Origin: Bacteroidota bacterium
GTDB lineage: Bacteria; Bacteroidota; Ignavibacteria; UBA10030; UBA6906
Assembly: GCA_046597825.1 (NCBI GenBank)
Contig: JBKJJX010000109.1
Span: 1 to 33,629, forward strand
DNA length: 33,629 nucleotides
Reading direction: 5' to 3'
Shown: positions 17,959 to 27,186 of the stretch, in pieces
How positions within the stretch are numbered: position 1 is the first letter of the stretch
Layout of the letters: each line of letters begins with the position of its first letter
The notes under the pieces: model-generated
What the model was told of the DNA's origin: nothing
Seen by the model: the letters and a program-made list of their open reading frames with translations, nothing else
Databases searched by the model: none
Program-made: the position numbers and the translations under genes

Positions 17959-18642
17959 CTATTCTTTCATCCGGTAGCCGACGCCCTTGACGGTCTCAAT
18001 ATAGTCGCCGTACACACCGAGTTTTTCGCGAATCTTGCTGATGTGCACATCAATCGTCCGGTCGATCACCCGCACATCGTCGCCCCACACAACAGCAAGA
18101 AGCCGGTCGCGCCTTACAACGCGACCGCGGTTTTGTGCGAGAAATACCAACGTCTCAAATTCCCGCTTCGTCAGCGTGAGTTCCTTGCTGCCAATTCTGG
18201 CTGTGTAATTGGGAACGTTTATTTCCAACTTGTTGATGCGAAGAATCTCTTCGGCCGGAGATGTCTGGCGGGCCTCGCTCCGCCGCAGTGAAGCCTTTAC
18301 CCGCGCAAGAAGAGTACGGACTGAAATTGGTTTCACGATATAATCATCGGCGCCCAGCTCGAGACCCAGCACCTCATCAAGCTCGGTTCCTTTTGCGGTA
18401 AGAAACAAAACCGGAATTGACGAAGTCCTGGGCATGCGTTTCAACTGCTTGCACACTTCCCATCCATCCATCTCCGGCATCATCACATCCAGCAAAACCA
18501 GATCGGGAAGCTGGGCAGCCTGTTCAAGCGCCTTCTTTCCATCCCGCGCAGTCAGGACTTTATGTCCCTCCTTCTGGAGATTGTACTTCAGCATGTCGAG
18601 AATATCTTTTTCGTCGTCGACGACAAGGATGGTTTTTTGCAT
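17959..18642 (-). CDS. phoB: PhoB/PhoP-like OmpR-family response regulator
   Basis: ILVVDDE, LLDVMMP (phospho-Asp), LTAK, GADDYIVKP, and winged helix RTIDVHISKIREKLG...IETVKGVGY. Likely ATG 18642; the track's longer start crosses a terminator. Confidence 0.85.
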   Translation of the reverse strand: MQKTILVVDDEKDILDMLKYNLQKEGHKVLTARDGKKALEQAAQLPDLVLLDVMMPEMDGWEVCKQLKRMPRTSSIPVLFLTAKGTELDEVLGLELGADDYIVKPISVRTLLARVKASLRRSEARQTSPAEEILRINKLEINVPNYTARIGSKELTLTKREFETLVFLAQNRGRVVRRDRLLAVVWGDDVRVIDRTIDVHISKIREKLGVYGDYIETVKGVGYRMKE

Positions 18643-18714
18643 TGGCTTTGAGATGTTGATGATTCGAATATAATGGTTCTGTACAACGGAAGGAAGCTGA
18701 TGTCGGGAGACATC

Positions 18715-18742
18715 AAAAAAAAGGCGGACAAATGTCCGCCTT
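18715..18742 (-). terminator. Rho-independent terminator of the GH9 gene
   Basis: Minus strand AAGGCGGAC-ATTT-GTCCGCC-TTTTTTTT, 27 nt after the stop at 18770. Confidence 0.88.
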
Positions 18743-18769
18743 CGAGTCATGAAAGATTCTGATCAATAA

Positions 18770-21700
18770 TCACTTTGTCAGAACCATTCTTTTCACTGCT
18801 GAAATATTTCCTGCATTAAGCCGATAGATGTACACACCGCTTGCAAGGTTGGAAGCGTCAAACGTGTACTGATGTCGTCCGGCAACTTGTTGTTCTCTAT
18901 CCACCAGCGTTGCGACTTCGCGTCCAAGTATATCATACACCTTGAGTGTTACAGGTGTTGCCTCGGGGAGATCGTAACTCAACGTTGTCGCCGGATTGAA
19001 CGGATTGGGATAATTCTGCGCGAGCTGGAATGCGACCGGGGGGATTTGTATGCTTCCTCCATCCCCGCCGTTCTTCGAGAGACTCGTGCCGGCAGTATCA
19101 ACCGTAAACCGCATGAAGTCTGCAGAACAAGTTCTCACATTTGATTCGTTGATGTAAACCCGCAGCCTGATCTGCCCGGAACCCGAAATGAAGTTCGCGG
19201 GTTGATTCTGGGTGGCCGTAACCAATACGTCACTTGTCCCGACGGAACGCGAATCAATCTGACTCCATGCTAAGGTACTCCAGTTGTACAAATAAAGTAG
19301 TTGAGTTGTGTTTTGCCGTGAGTATTTCGCATCAAACGAAATAACAAGTTTAGTAATAGATGCAGGGGGTTCTGCTATTGTTATACTCCCATACCAATCG
19401 GCAATACGCTGCCCGCCTGACCCTGCCACAGTGATGACGAAATAACTACCATCGTTGGCCGCAAGATTGGCAAACGTGCCTGATTGAATAACCCCCTGCG
19501 TTACGGTTATCCCTGTCGGAGAGTAAGACTTCGACAAACCCGTTGTAAACGATTTGGCTGGAGAAGAGAGAGCAGTATTGCCGGAGGCATCAGAAGATTT
19601 TACTCGGTAATAGTACATCTGGTTTTGAGTCAAGCCCGACAGAACAACAGTGTGGTTTGTAACCATGCCAGCTGCACTGGTACTGTTGCCAAAGCTTGTC
19701 GTAGTCCCATATTCTACCACGGACGACGATGCTTCATCTGTCGTCCATGTTATTGTGGCGCTTGAAGCAGAAACAGATGTTGATTGCACATTGGTGATTA
19801 CAGGCGCAACTATATCCGGAGGCCCAATAGGCCCACCACCTGTTGCAACCCAGTTCGCCGCATAAAGGTTGTACAACACCGCGCCTTGCCAGTTGATCGC
19901 AATTTCATTTGTCGACCAGCTATCGTTATCAGTGAAGCGGCCGTCAATCGGTGTTGTGCCGTCCCGCGGATAACGGGGATCGCCGAAGTAGCCAAAGGTT
20001 GGATACGGCGTCGAGGTCGGATACGATATATCGTTTGAAGATGGAGACTCATTGGGTCCGCCGGCAACTGCGCCCGGAAAGTGGAATGGTGTAGTGTGCA
20101 GGGCTTTCATCCAGTGATGGAAGCCTTCCTTGCGCCATTGCGTTGCCCCAAACACATCCGAACCCGACATGTACGAAATGTTCCTGTAGTTGCGACCGAA
20201 CATGTAATGGACGTTGTTCAACAACTGGTCGCGGTCTGCCGTCCGGGTCGTCGTATCTGCTTTGTAGGCAAACCAGGAAAATTCGCCGGTACGATGTGCT
20301 GCATTGCTGAGCGCGCCCCAATAATAATGCGTCGCCCAGTTGAACGGATGTGCATTGGCATCTGTACGAACGCCATCGGCGAGCCCAAGGAAACTTTGCT
20401 TGATGGTATTCTGCGTTGAGCTGTTTGCACCGGATGTGCAACGCAAATACATTCTGCCTGCAAACGCGTCCGATTTGTTGTAACTGCTAATCCATGAGAT
20501 CGCCGAATAATTTGATTGGAAGGCAGTCTCATATGTTGAATTTCTTGTCGCGAACAACATCGCAGCAGAGGCCCACATACGATTTGTTTTGAGAAGTGCC
20601 GCGTCTGATCCCTGGGCGTACGCATCGCATCCGGTACCGCCATCATTCGTCGCTGAAGGATTCGCCTGCATCCACGTCCAACCGTTTTGTGCGGCGGTTA
20701 AGCATGTAGCGGCAAACGTTGCATCGTAAGATTGAAACACGACAGACGCATAGGCAAGAACAGCTATTGCCTTTGCGGTGTTCTGTACTGTTGGCGCGTG
20801 GACTTTGCAATATTGAGATACTGTGTTCGGTGTTGTGTTGCCGTATCCCTGATCCGAATTATTGCAACCGACACATGCCGTTCCCCAGAACCCTCCGGTA
20901 TGTGCGGAGTTGTCATTCTGCATCGAGAGAACCCATTCAAGTCCCCATCTTGTTTCGTCTAGCAAGTCAGGTACGCCGTTACCGCTTTCAGGAATGTTTA
21001 CATTGTCCTCTGCGGGACGAAAATCGGTCCACGTTTCAAGCAGCCAGAAAATTGCTTGGGTCATCGTCGGCATATAGACTGTAAGATCGCCCGCATCGTG
21101 CCACCCCTTCACTACACCTGCCGGAGCTTTAGTAATATCGGTTGGATGAACCCACGGTCCTTCTGCATACGGCGATTCAATGGCCGTGAACGCACGTTGG
21201 TAATAAAAGAATCTCTGCGCAGCCCGCAACGGTGATTTGAATACATCGGTTGCGATAGTGAATGGCATCGACTCTTTTCCGTTCGCGACAATTTTGTACC
21301 TGCCTGCCGTGGTAAATGAACTGAAGTCTCCAACATGTACGGTCGTATTATTGAGCACGTTCGACGTAATAGTTTGTACAGGGCCGCCGCCGGTATGGAC
21401 TGTTGCATTATCACTCGTCCGCACGAGCGTGAAAGAACTGAACGTCGAGGGCGAGGTGAACAGCTTCTTCATCGACGGAGAATATCCGATTTGCGAGGCA
21501 GCGATGTTGGTAAAGTTAGCATCAGTCGGCGTTCCTCCTCCAGCATACATGCGAACGCTCGTCACCAGAAATTCGTCCATGTTGACTGTAACCGGCGAGA
21601 CTGAATTACCGAACGTTATTTCAAATCCCTTCAAGCCGATCCCCTGCATGTTTGCGGGAATGGGAATATCGACGAGCTGCCAGACGTTCTTCGCAGTAAT

Positions 21701-22111
21701 TGTCGCCGAACCAACAACTCCCAAAGAGATTTGATAGCCATACGCGTAAACGCCAATTCCGTTTCCCGAAATGCTTGATCTGATCCAGAACTTAAGCCTG
21801 CTTGTACTCTGCGCCCAGAACAGCGATGTGTCGGCGCCCCACCAGTCCGCCTGATTAGTATTCCCGGCCCAAAAAATCTGGAATCCCGCGTACGGTCCAG
21901 CAGTGGAAAATTTCAGGCTCTTCGATCCCGCGTAGTAAACCGTGTTATCGATTGTCATGCTACTTACCGTGTACGGATGAAAGCGCAATGTATCGTTGAA
22001 GGCCTCTTTAAAGAAAACAAGATCCCGGATGACTCCACCGGTTGGCTCGCCCGAAAAAGCATTTGCCCCGATCAGAGCACAAAGTATCACTAGGTAAGAT
22101 CTTAGTCTCAC
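18770..22111 (-). CDS. Modular glycoside hydrolase family 9 (cellulase-like): CBM-like, Ig-like, GH9 catalytic, FN3, uncharacterised beta domain, T9SS CTD
   Basis: SQIGY.P..KK (Ig-like start), FFYYQR, GWHDAGD (catalytic bases), NIPESGNGVPDLLDE, PGAVAGGPN, WSTNEIAINW (catalytic acid), ATITWTTDE (FN3), QNYPNPFNP CTD. GTG at 22111 follows AAGGAGGGG; the track starts at 22126. Confidence 0.92.
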   Translation of the reverse strand: MRLRSYLVILCALIGANAFSGEPTGGVIRDLVFFKEAFNDTLRFHPYTVSSMTIDNTVYYAGSKSLKFSTAGPYAGFQIFWAGNTNQADWWGADTSLFWAQSTSRLKFWIRSSISGNGIGVYAYGYQISLGVVGSATITAKNVWQLVDIPIPANMQGIGLKGFEITFGNSVSPVTVNMDEFLVTSVRMYAGGGTPTDANFTNIAASQIGYSPSMKKLFTSPSTFSSFTLVRTSDNATVHTGGGPVQTITSNVLNNTTVHVGDFSSFTTAGRYKIVANGKESMPFTIATDVFKSPLRAAQRFFYYQRAFTAIESPYAEGPWVHPTDITKAPAGVVKGWHDAGDLTVYMPTMTQAIFWLLETWTDFRPAEDNVNIPESGNGVPDLLDETRWGLEWVLSMQNDNSAHTGGFWGTACVGCNNSDQGYGNTTPNTVSQYCKVHAPTVQNTAKAIAVLAYASVVFQSYDATFAATCLTAAQNGWTWMQANPSATNDGGTGCDAYAQGSDAALLKTNRMWASAAMLFATRNSTYETAFQSNYSAISWISSYNKSDAFAGRMYLRCTSGANSSTQNTIKQSFLGLADGVRTDANAHPFNWATHYYWGALSNAAHRTGEFSWFAYKADTTTRTADRDQLLNNVHYMFGRNYRNISYMSGSDVFGATQWRKEGFHHWMKALHTTPFHFPGAVAGGPNESPSSNDISYPTSTPYPTFGYFGDPRYPRDGTTPIDGRFTDNDSWSTNEIAINWQGAVLYNLYAANWVATGGGPIGPPDIVAPVITNVQSTSVSASSATITWTTDEASSSVVEYGTTTSFGNSTSAAGMVTNHTVVLSGLTQNQMYYYRVKSSDASGNTALSSPAKSFTTGLSKSYSPTGITVTQGVIQSGTFANLAANDGSYFVITVAGSGGQRIADWYGSITIAEPPASITKLVISFDAKYSRQNTTQLLYLYNWSTLAWSQIDSRSVGTSDVLVTATQNQPANFISGSGQIRLRVYINESNVRTCSADFMRFTVDTAGTSLSKNGGDGGSIQIPPVAFQLAQNYPNPFNPATTLSYDLPEATPVTLKVYDILGREVATLVDREQQVAGRHQYTFDASNLASGVYIYRLNAGNISAVKRMVLTK

Positions 22112-22346
22112 ATTCCCCTCCTTCACGTTTTGGGATTGGATTTAAATCAGATGGCTGGAAAACAGCGTGGCGAAAACTACATGGTAACGGGGTTAGAAGC
22201 AATGGCTGTGAGTCACAGGAGCAAAATTTTATTTGGGGTGGCAAATTAAAAAATAGAAACCTTCCGCAGAAAATAGCTAGGGATTGTAGGGGCATTGGAT
22301 TGAATTGTGTCTTACGGTCTTCCTTCTACAATCTTATAACAGGATA

Positions 22347-22375
22347 AATATAGGTGAAGAAGAAAGGTATGTCAA
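22347..22375 (-). promoter_or_regulatory. Sigma70-type promoter for the GH9 gene
   Basis: Minus strand TTGACA-N17-TATATT; implies a leader of about 230 nt. Confidence 0.65.
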
Positions 22376-22477
22376 GGTGATGCGCGGCGGTACAATTCAA
22401 ACCAACGGCTCTGCCCGGCCTTGGATTACAATAGACCACTGCTCAACAATCATTTTGCGAGGACGCAATCATCCGTT

Positions 22478-23668
22478 TCAACGCTCGGACGAATCGCTTG
22501 GGGAAGTGGGAACACCGCTTGAGCTGTTCAGGTTGCCAAATACGACATTTGCATCGGCGGCAGTTACAATCCCGCTCAGATTTATATCATTGTTGCTGTA
22601 GCCGATTGCGTTGAGTTGACCGAATATTAGATTGACATCAACTCTCGATACGATGTCGCTTTGGTCGGCGTCACCAGCGAACAAAGCGAATTTTCCCGGC
22701 GCCACTTGCTTCATTGGCATATCGCCGAGAGCCTGTGATTGAGATATGGTGAAATCATATGGGACGGGCGGCGAATCAGTGAGTGTTTGTCCCGTTGCCG
22801 TGATCACGCCTAGATGGTTGCGATGACGCACCACGAGATAATAATTTCCGGCAACCGTGTCGAACGTAACGCAGGTTGCCGCCGTATCAACAAAATCGCG
22901 AATTGTTCCATCGTTCATCAGCCACGCGGGCCGGAACTTGCGTGTTGTTGCAGCCGAAGCCGATGCTGAATTGCGAAGCTCAATGTTGATCGAGTCCACT
23001 GCATTCGACGGAATTCCAATTGCGCCGAAGTGTTGCGCAAGAATTCCGCTTGCGCCCAAGGTGGTATTCATGAACGTGGTGGCAGAGTTGTACGGCCCTT
23101 CTAAAAGAACCTTCACTGATGCTTTGCTGCTTGTGTTTGGCGTACCAACGGTTTCTGTTGTGAACTGCAAAAAATCGGCTGAACAAGTCCGGTTAGGACT
23201 ACCTGTCCAAGTGCCTACAACGCGCACCCGTATCTCGCCTGTGGAAGAAATGTAGCTGCCCGGCGATGTCTGTATGCTTGTAACAAGAATTTGGGTTGTT
23301 CCTACCGCCCGTGAATCAATCTGCGTCCATGCAGATGAAGTCCAGTTATATAAATGGAGGGTTTGTGTTGTGCTATTCCCTGAATACATGCCAGCGTACG
23401 CAACCGTCAACCTTGCAACACTGGCGGGTGATCCTGCAATGGTGACACTGCCATACCAATCTATGGTGCGGGAACCAGAGCTTACTACATAGTAGCTTCC
23501 ATCATTGCCCGCAAGATTCGCGAAAGTTCCCGAGACCAATGTGCCTGCCAGAATTGTTGTGCTTGCCGGCGCATAGTTGGAAGCTATTCCGCCGTACTGA
23601 AGGAAGCACATGATAAGAATTGTAAAATAGCAGTAGGTAGGCTTCATACGCCTTTCTTTTGTGCACAT
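22478..23668 (-). CDS. Hypothetical extracellular protein: domain paralogous to the GH9 pre-CTD domain plus 'KVLLEGPY...HRNHL' domain and dockerin-like Ca-binding tail
   Basis: 396 aa. The N-terminal ~145 aa align by eye with the GH9 protein. Motifs KVLLEGPY, YYLVVRHRNHLGV, GDADQSDIVSRVD and DINLSGIVTAAD. Start uncertain (23668 or 23647). Confidence 0.75.
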   Translation of the reverse strand: MCTKERRMKPTYCYFTILIMCFLQYGGIASNYAPASTTILAGTLVSGTFANLAGNDGSYYVVSSGSRTIDWYGSVTIAGSPASVARLTVAYAGMYSGNSTTQTLHLYNWTSSAWTQIDSRAVGTTQILVTSIQTSPGSYISSTGEIRVRVVGTWTGSPNRTCSADFLQFTTETVGTPNTSSKASVKVLLEGPYNSATTFMNTTLGASGILAQHFGAIGIPSNAVDSINIELRNSASASAATTRKFRPAWLMNDGTIRDFVDTAATCVTFDTVAGNYYLVVRHRNHLGVITATGQTLTDSPPVPYDFTISQSQALGDMPMKQVAPGKFALFAGDADQSDIVSRVDVNLIFGQLNAIGYSNNDINLSGIVTAADANVVFGNLNSSSGVPTSPSDSSER

Positions 23669-23923
23669 GGCTCGCTGCCATGGGTGAAAAAATAAAACTT
23701 GCTACTGTCAAACAACTTTATCATAGGTCTCGTTTCATACAATCAAGCGGAAAAAAGCAAACAGATTATTTTTTCAACACTATTTTCTTCACAAAATAGA
23801 ATTCTTCTGCATTCAATTTATATAGATATACACCGCGTTCCCAAATTAATATTAAACAATAAAGCGAAAAAACATTGTCACCTATGCAACGCGAGGAATG
23901 AAATGAAATTCGGTGCTTGAAAC

Positions 23924-23956
23924 AAAAAAGGTGAGGATTCGTTAATCCTCACCTTT
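23924..23956 (-). terminator. Rho-independent terminator of the efflux operon
   Basis: Minus strand AAAGGTGAGGATT-AACG-AATCCTCACC-TTTTTT, 20 nt after the RND stop. Confidence 0.88.
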
Positions 23957-23976
23957 CCTGAAAAATGCTGATTTTT

Positions 23977-26900
23977 CTACTCCGGTTGAAACTGCGGATG
24001 CAAATCAGGCAATCGCTTCTTGAACGGCAGCTTGGTTGTCCATGCAACACGTTTGAAGAGAGCCGGGATTCTAGTTTTCAAACTCTCAACGTATGTATAT
24101 ACGACCGGCACTAACACGAGCGTTAGCAACAACGAACTTGTAAGTCCGCCGATGAGCGCCCATGCAAGGCCTGATTTCCACTCGGCGCCGGCTTCCGTGC
24201 TCAATGCTATCGGCATCATGCCGAATACCATGGCGACAGTCGTCATGAGAATCGGACGAAGACGGGTTTGTCCGGCTTCAAGCAACGCATCGTACGTGCT
24301 CATGTTTTGCTCGGAGCGCATTTGGTTTGTGCGGTCCACAAGAAGAATTGCATTCTTGGCCACGAGCCCGATGAGCATGATAATGCCGAGGATCGAAAAG
24401 ATGCTGAGCGATTTCATTGTCAACGCCAGCGCGAGCAGCGCTCCGATCATCGCAACCGGAATTGAAAACAGAACGACGAACGGATACACGTACGAATCGT
24501 ACAGCGCAACCATAATCATGTAGACGAACAGAATTGCAGCAAGCATCGCAAGGCCAAGGCTGCCGAATCCTTCCGCCTGGTTTTTCAAATCGCCCTGATA
24601 CGCAATGTTGACGCCTTGTGTCAATGTTGTTTTCGCAAGCGCCTTCTTGATATCATCGCCAATGCTGCCACTCGGGCGGCCAACCGCCTGCGAGTATACA
24701 ATCACTGACGAATTACGGTCGCTGCGCTGCAACTTCGTCGGCCCAACGGATTGATAGATGTTTGCAAACTGCTTCAATTCAACGAGCTGACCTTTGCGGT
24801 TCACAAACGTCACGTTGCCGATGTTTCCTGTCTTCGACCGGTCCTGCTGATCGTACAGAATGCGGATTGTGTATTCATTCTCGCCTTCACGGTATTTTGA
24901 TTCGTCATCTCCGTTGAACGCAACCCGCATTGTCTGTCCCACTTCCGCGACTGTTAATCCAAGCGCCGCCATTTTCTGCCGGTCAATCTCGACCCGCGTT
25001 TCGGGCTTTCCTTCTTCAGAAGAAAGACGAACGTCCGCAGTGCCGGGAATTTTCCGGACGAGATCAGCAACAATAGCTGAACCCTTGCGGGCATCATCGT
25101 AGGTTGTTCCGCTCACAACCAGCTGTATCGGTGTCTGGTTTGCAGTGCCGAAGATACCAATCGGGTTCGCACGGACTTTCGCCCCGGGGATCTGTCCGAT
25201 CTTTTCCTTGATTTCCTGTGCTATGTCATCCGTTGAACGCACACGTTCCTTTTTGGGAACGAGCGCAATGCTGAGCTCCGCGATGTTGTTAGAGGTTTGT
25301 GCAATGAAGCCGTCGCTCGACGCACCAACGTTCACGAACGCCTTCTTTACTTCGGGAATTTGAGAGATGATGCGTTCCGCCTGTTGCGTGACGAAGTTTG
25401 TATTTTGAAGGGTTGAGCCGGGCGCCATTTCAATCGTCACTGCAAATTCTCCACGGTCAGCCACCGCAATAAATTCCGACCCGATAAAACCGAAAGGAAT
25501 GAGTGCGAAAGAAGCTAACAGCAGCCCGACTGTAATGAGGGCAACCGAACCGCGATGCGACAATCCCCACCGAAGAACTTTGATGTAGCCGTCAGTGACT
25601 TGTTTGAATTTCTCTTCAAACCAAACGCCAAACTTGCCCAGCAAACTGTTCTTTGTCAGATGTTCAAGCTTTGCGAAGCGTGATGCAAGAAGCGGCGTGA
25701 CGGTGAATGACACGAACAAACTCATTAACGTAGAGAATACAACGACGAGCGCAAACTCTCTCATAATGTTTCCAACGAGCCCGGAGACTAACGCCAGAGG
25801 AATGAACACCACGACATCTACCAGCGTAATCGAAAGAGCGGCAAATCCAATTTCATTGCGGCCTTTCAGTGCGGCGGAGTATTTATCCTCTCCCTGTTCA
25901 AGATGGCGGTAAATATTTTCGAGAACGACAATCGAATCATCTACGAGAATACCGACAACGAGAGAAAGCCCCAGCAGCGTCATAATATTGAGAGACATAT
26001 TAAAGATATACATCGCAATGAAGGTCGAGACCATTGACGCCGGAATTGCGATCATGACGATCATTGAGTTGCGCGTACTGTGAAGGAATGCAAGCATGAC
26101 AAGTGCCACAAGTACAACTGCCAGCGCAAGATCTTTCTTCACAGCGTTCGCCGCATCCAACGTAAATGTCGAACCATCCTGGGCAATGTCAAATTTTAGT
26201 CCCGCGTTTGCATACTGCGCTTCGATTTTGGGAATCTCTGCGCGCACCAATTTGCTTACCTCCACCGAATTTGCATCGGATTGTTTTGAGACGAGGACGC
26301 CAATTGCAGTTTTCCCATCGATGCGGCTGATCTGGGAATCCTCTTTCTTTCCATCCTCGACTTCAGAAATATCGGCAAGAGTAATATCGCCGCCCTGCTT
26401 CGACTGGGCAATGACAAGGTTCCTCATCCCGTCGATTGATGTAAACTTTCCGGCAATGCGAACGACATACTGCTGTTCAGCTTCCTTAATTTTTCCTGTC
26501 GGGAAATCGAGATTGGATGCTTTGATCGCCTGCGTTACCTGCAGCAGTGATAGTCCGTGCGCACGCAACTTTTGCGCGTCGATGTTCACTCTGATCTCAC
26601 GTTCTTCTCCACCGACAAGAGAAATCTGTCCGACACCTGCAAGACGCGCAAGTTTGGGTTGCAGTTTGTCTTTCACGAGTTGGTAGAATTCCCGGGACGG
26701 CATATTCGCCGTAACGCCCATGCGTAACACAGGCATTTCATCCAGCGCAAACTTGGAAACAGTCGGTGTCTTTGTACCCTCAGGCAGTCTTGCTGCAACC
26801 TCATTCACTTTTCGCTGCACGTCCTGCAATGCCGTGTTGACGTTCGCGGACATTGTGAATTCAATTGAGACGAAGGATACTCCCTCGGCCGAAGTCGCAT

Positions 26901-27141
26901 TCACCGTGGATATTTTATCGATTCCCGATACCGCGTCTTCGATTACTTTCGTGACGGCGGTTTCTACTTCGTTGGGAGATGCACCCGGATACACGGTTGC
27001 CACCGTAACAAATGGCGGCGTAATTTTGGGAAGCAGCTCATAGTTAAGCTGGCTGAGCCCGAAGAGTCCCAGCACTGTCAATGCCGCGAAGAGCACGACG
27101 ATGAGCGACGGACGTTTGATGGATAATTCTGTTAATGTCAT
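23977..27141 (-). CDS. RND efflux permease (AcrB/AcrD/AcrF, HAE1 family)
   Basis: 1054 aa. MTLTELSIKRP start, TM4 GILVDDSIVVLENI, TM10 GLVAKNAILLVD, TM11 RLRPILMTT. Confidence 0.96.
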   Translation of the reverse strand: MTLTELSIKRPSLIVVLFAALTVLGLFGLSQLNYELLPKITPPFVTVATVYPGASPNEVETAVTKVIEDAVSGIDKISTVNATSAEGVSFVSIEFTMSANVNTALQDVQRKVNEVAARLPEGTKTPTVSKFALDEMPVLRMGVTANMPSREFYQLVKDKLQPKLARLAGVGQISLVGGEEREIRVNIDAQKLRAHGLSLLQVTQAIKASNLDFPTGKIKEAEQQYVVRIAGKFTSIDGMRNLVIAQSKQGGDITLADISEVEDGKKEDSQISRIDGKTAIGVLVSKQSDANSVEVSKLVRAEIPKIEAQYANAGLKFDIAQDGSTFTLDAANAVKKDLALAVVLVALVMLAFLHSTRNSMIVMIAIPASMVSTFIAMYIFNMSLNIMTLLGLSLVVGILVDDSIVVLENIYRHLEQGEDKYSAALKGRNEIGFAALSITLVDVVVFIPLALVSGLVGNIMREFALVVVFSTLMSLFVSFTVTPLLASRFAKLEHLTKNSLLGKFGVWFEEKFKQVTDGYIKVLRWGLSHRGSVALITVGLLLASFALIPFGFIGSEFIAVADRGEFAVTIEMAPGSTLQNTNFVTQQAERIISQIPEVKKAFVNVGASSDGFIAQTSNNIAELSIALVPKKERVRSTDDIAQEIKEKIGQIPGAKVRANPIGIFGTANQTPIQLVVSGTTYDDARKGSAIVADLVRKIPGTADVRLSSEEGKPETRVEIDRQKMAALGLTVAEVGQTMRVAFNGDDESKYREGENEYTIRILYDQQDRSKTGNIGNVTFVNRKGQLVELKQFANIYQSVGPTKLQRSDRNSSVIVYSQAVGRPSGSIGDDIKKALAKTTLTQGVNIAYQGDLKNQAEGFGSLGLAMLAAILFVYMIMVALYDSYVYPFVVLFSIPVAMIGALLALALTMKSLSIFSILGIIMLIGLVAKNAILLVDRTNQMRSEQNMSTYDALLEAGQTRLRPILMTTVAMVFGMMPIALSTEAGAEWKSGLAWALIGGLTSSLLLTLVLVPVVYTYVESLKTRIPALFKRVAWTTKLPFKKRLPDLHPQFQPE

Positions 27142-27186
27142 GGAGTCTTCCTTGCGATCCTTGTTATTGCGAACGTTTCGTGTTTG

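Noticed and set aside
18643-18750. Longer start for the response regulator
   Set aside because: Crosses the GH9 terminator; the receiver domain begins at MQKTILVVDD.
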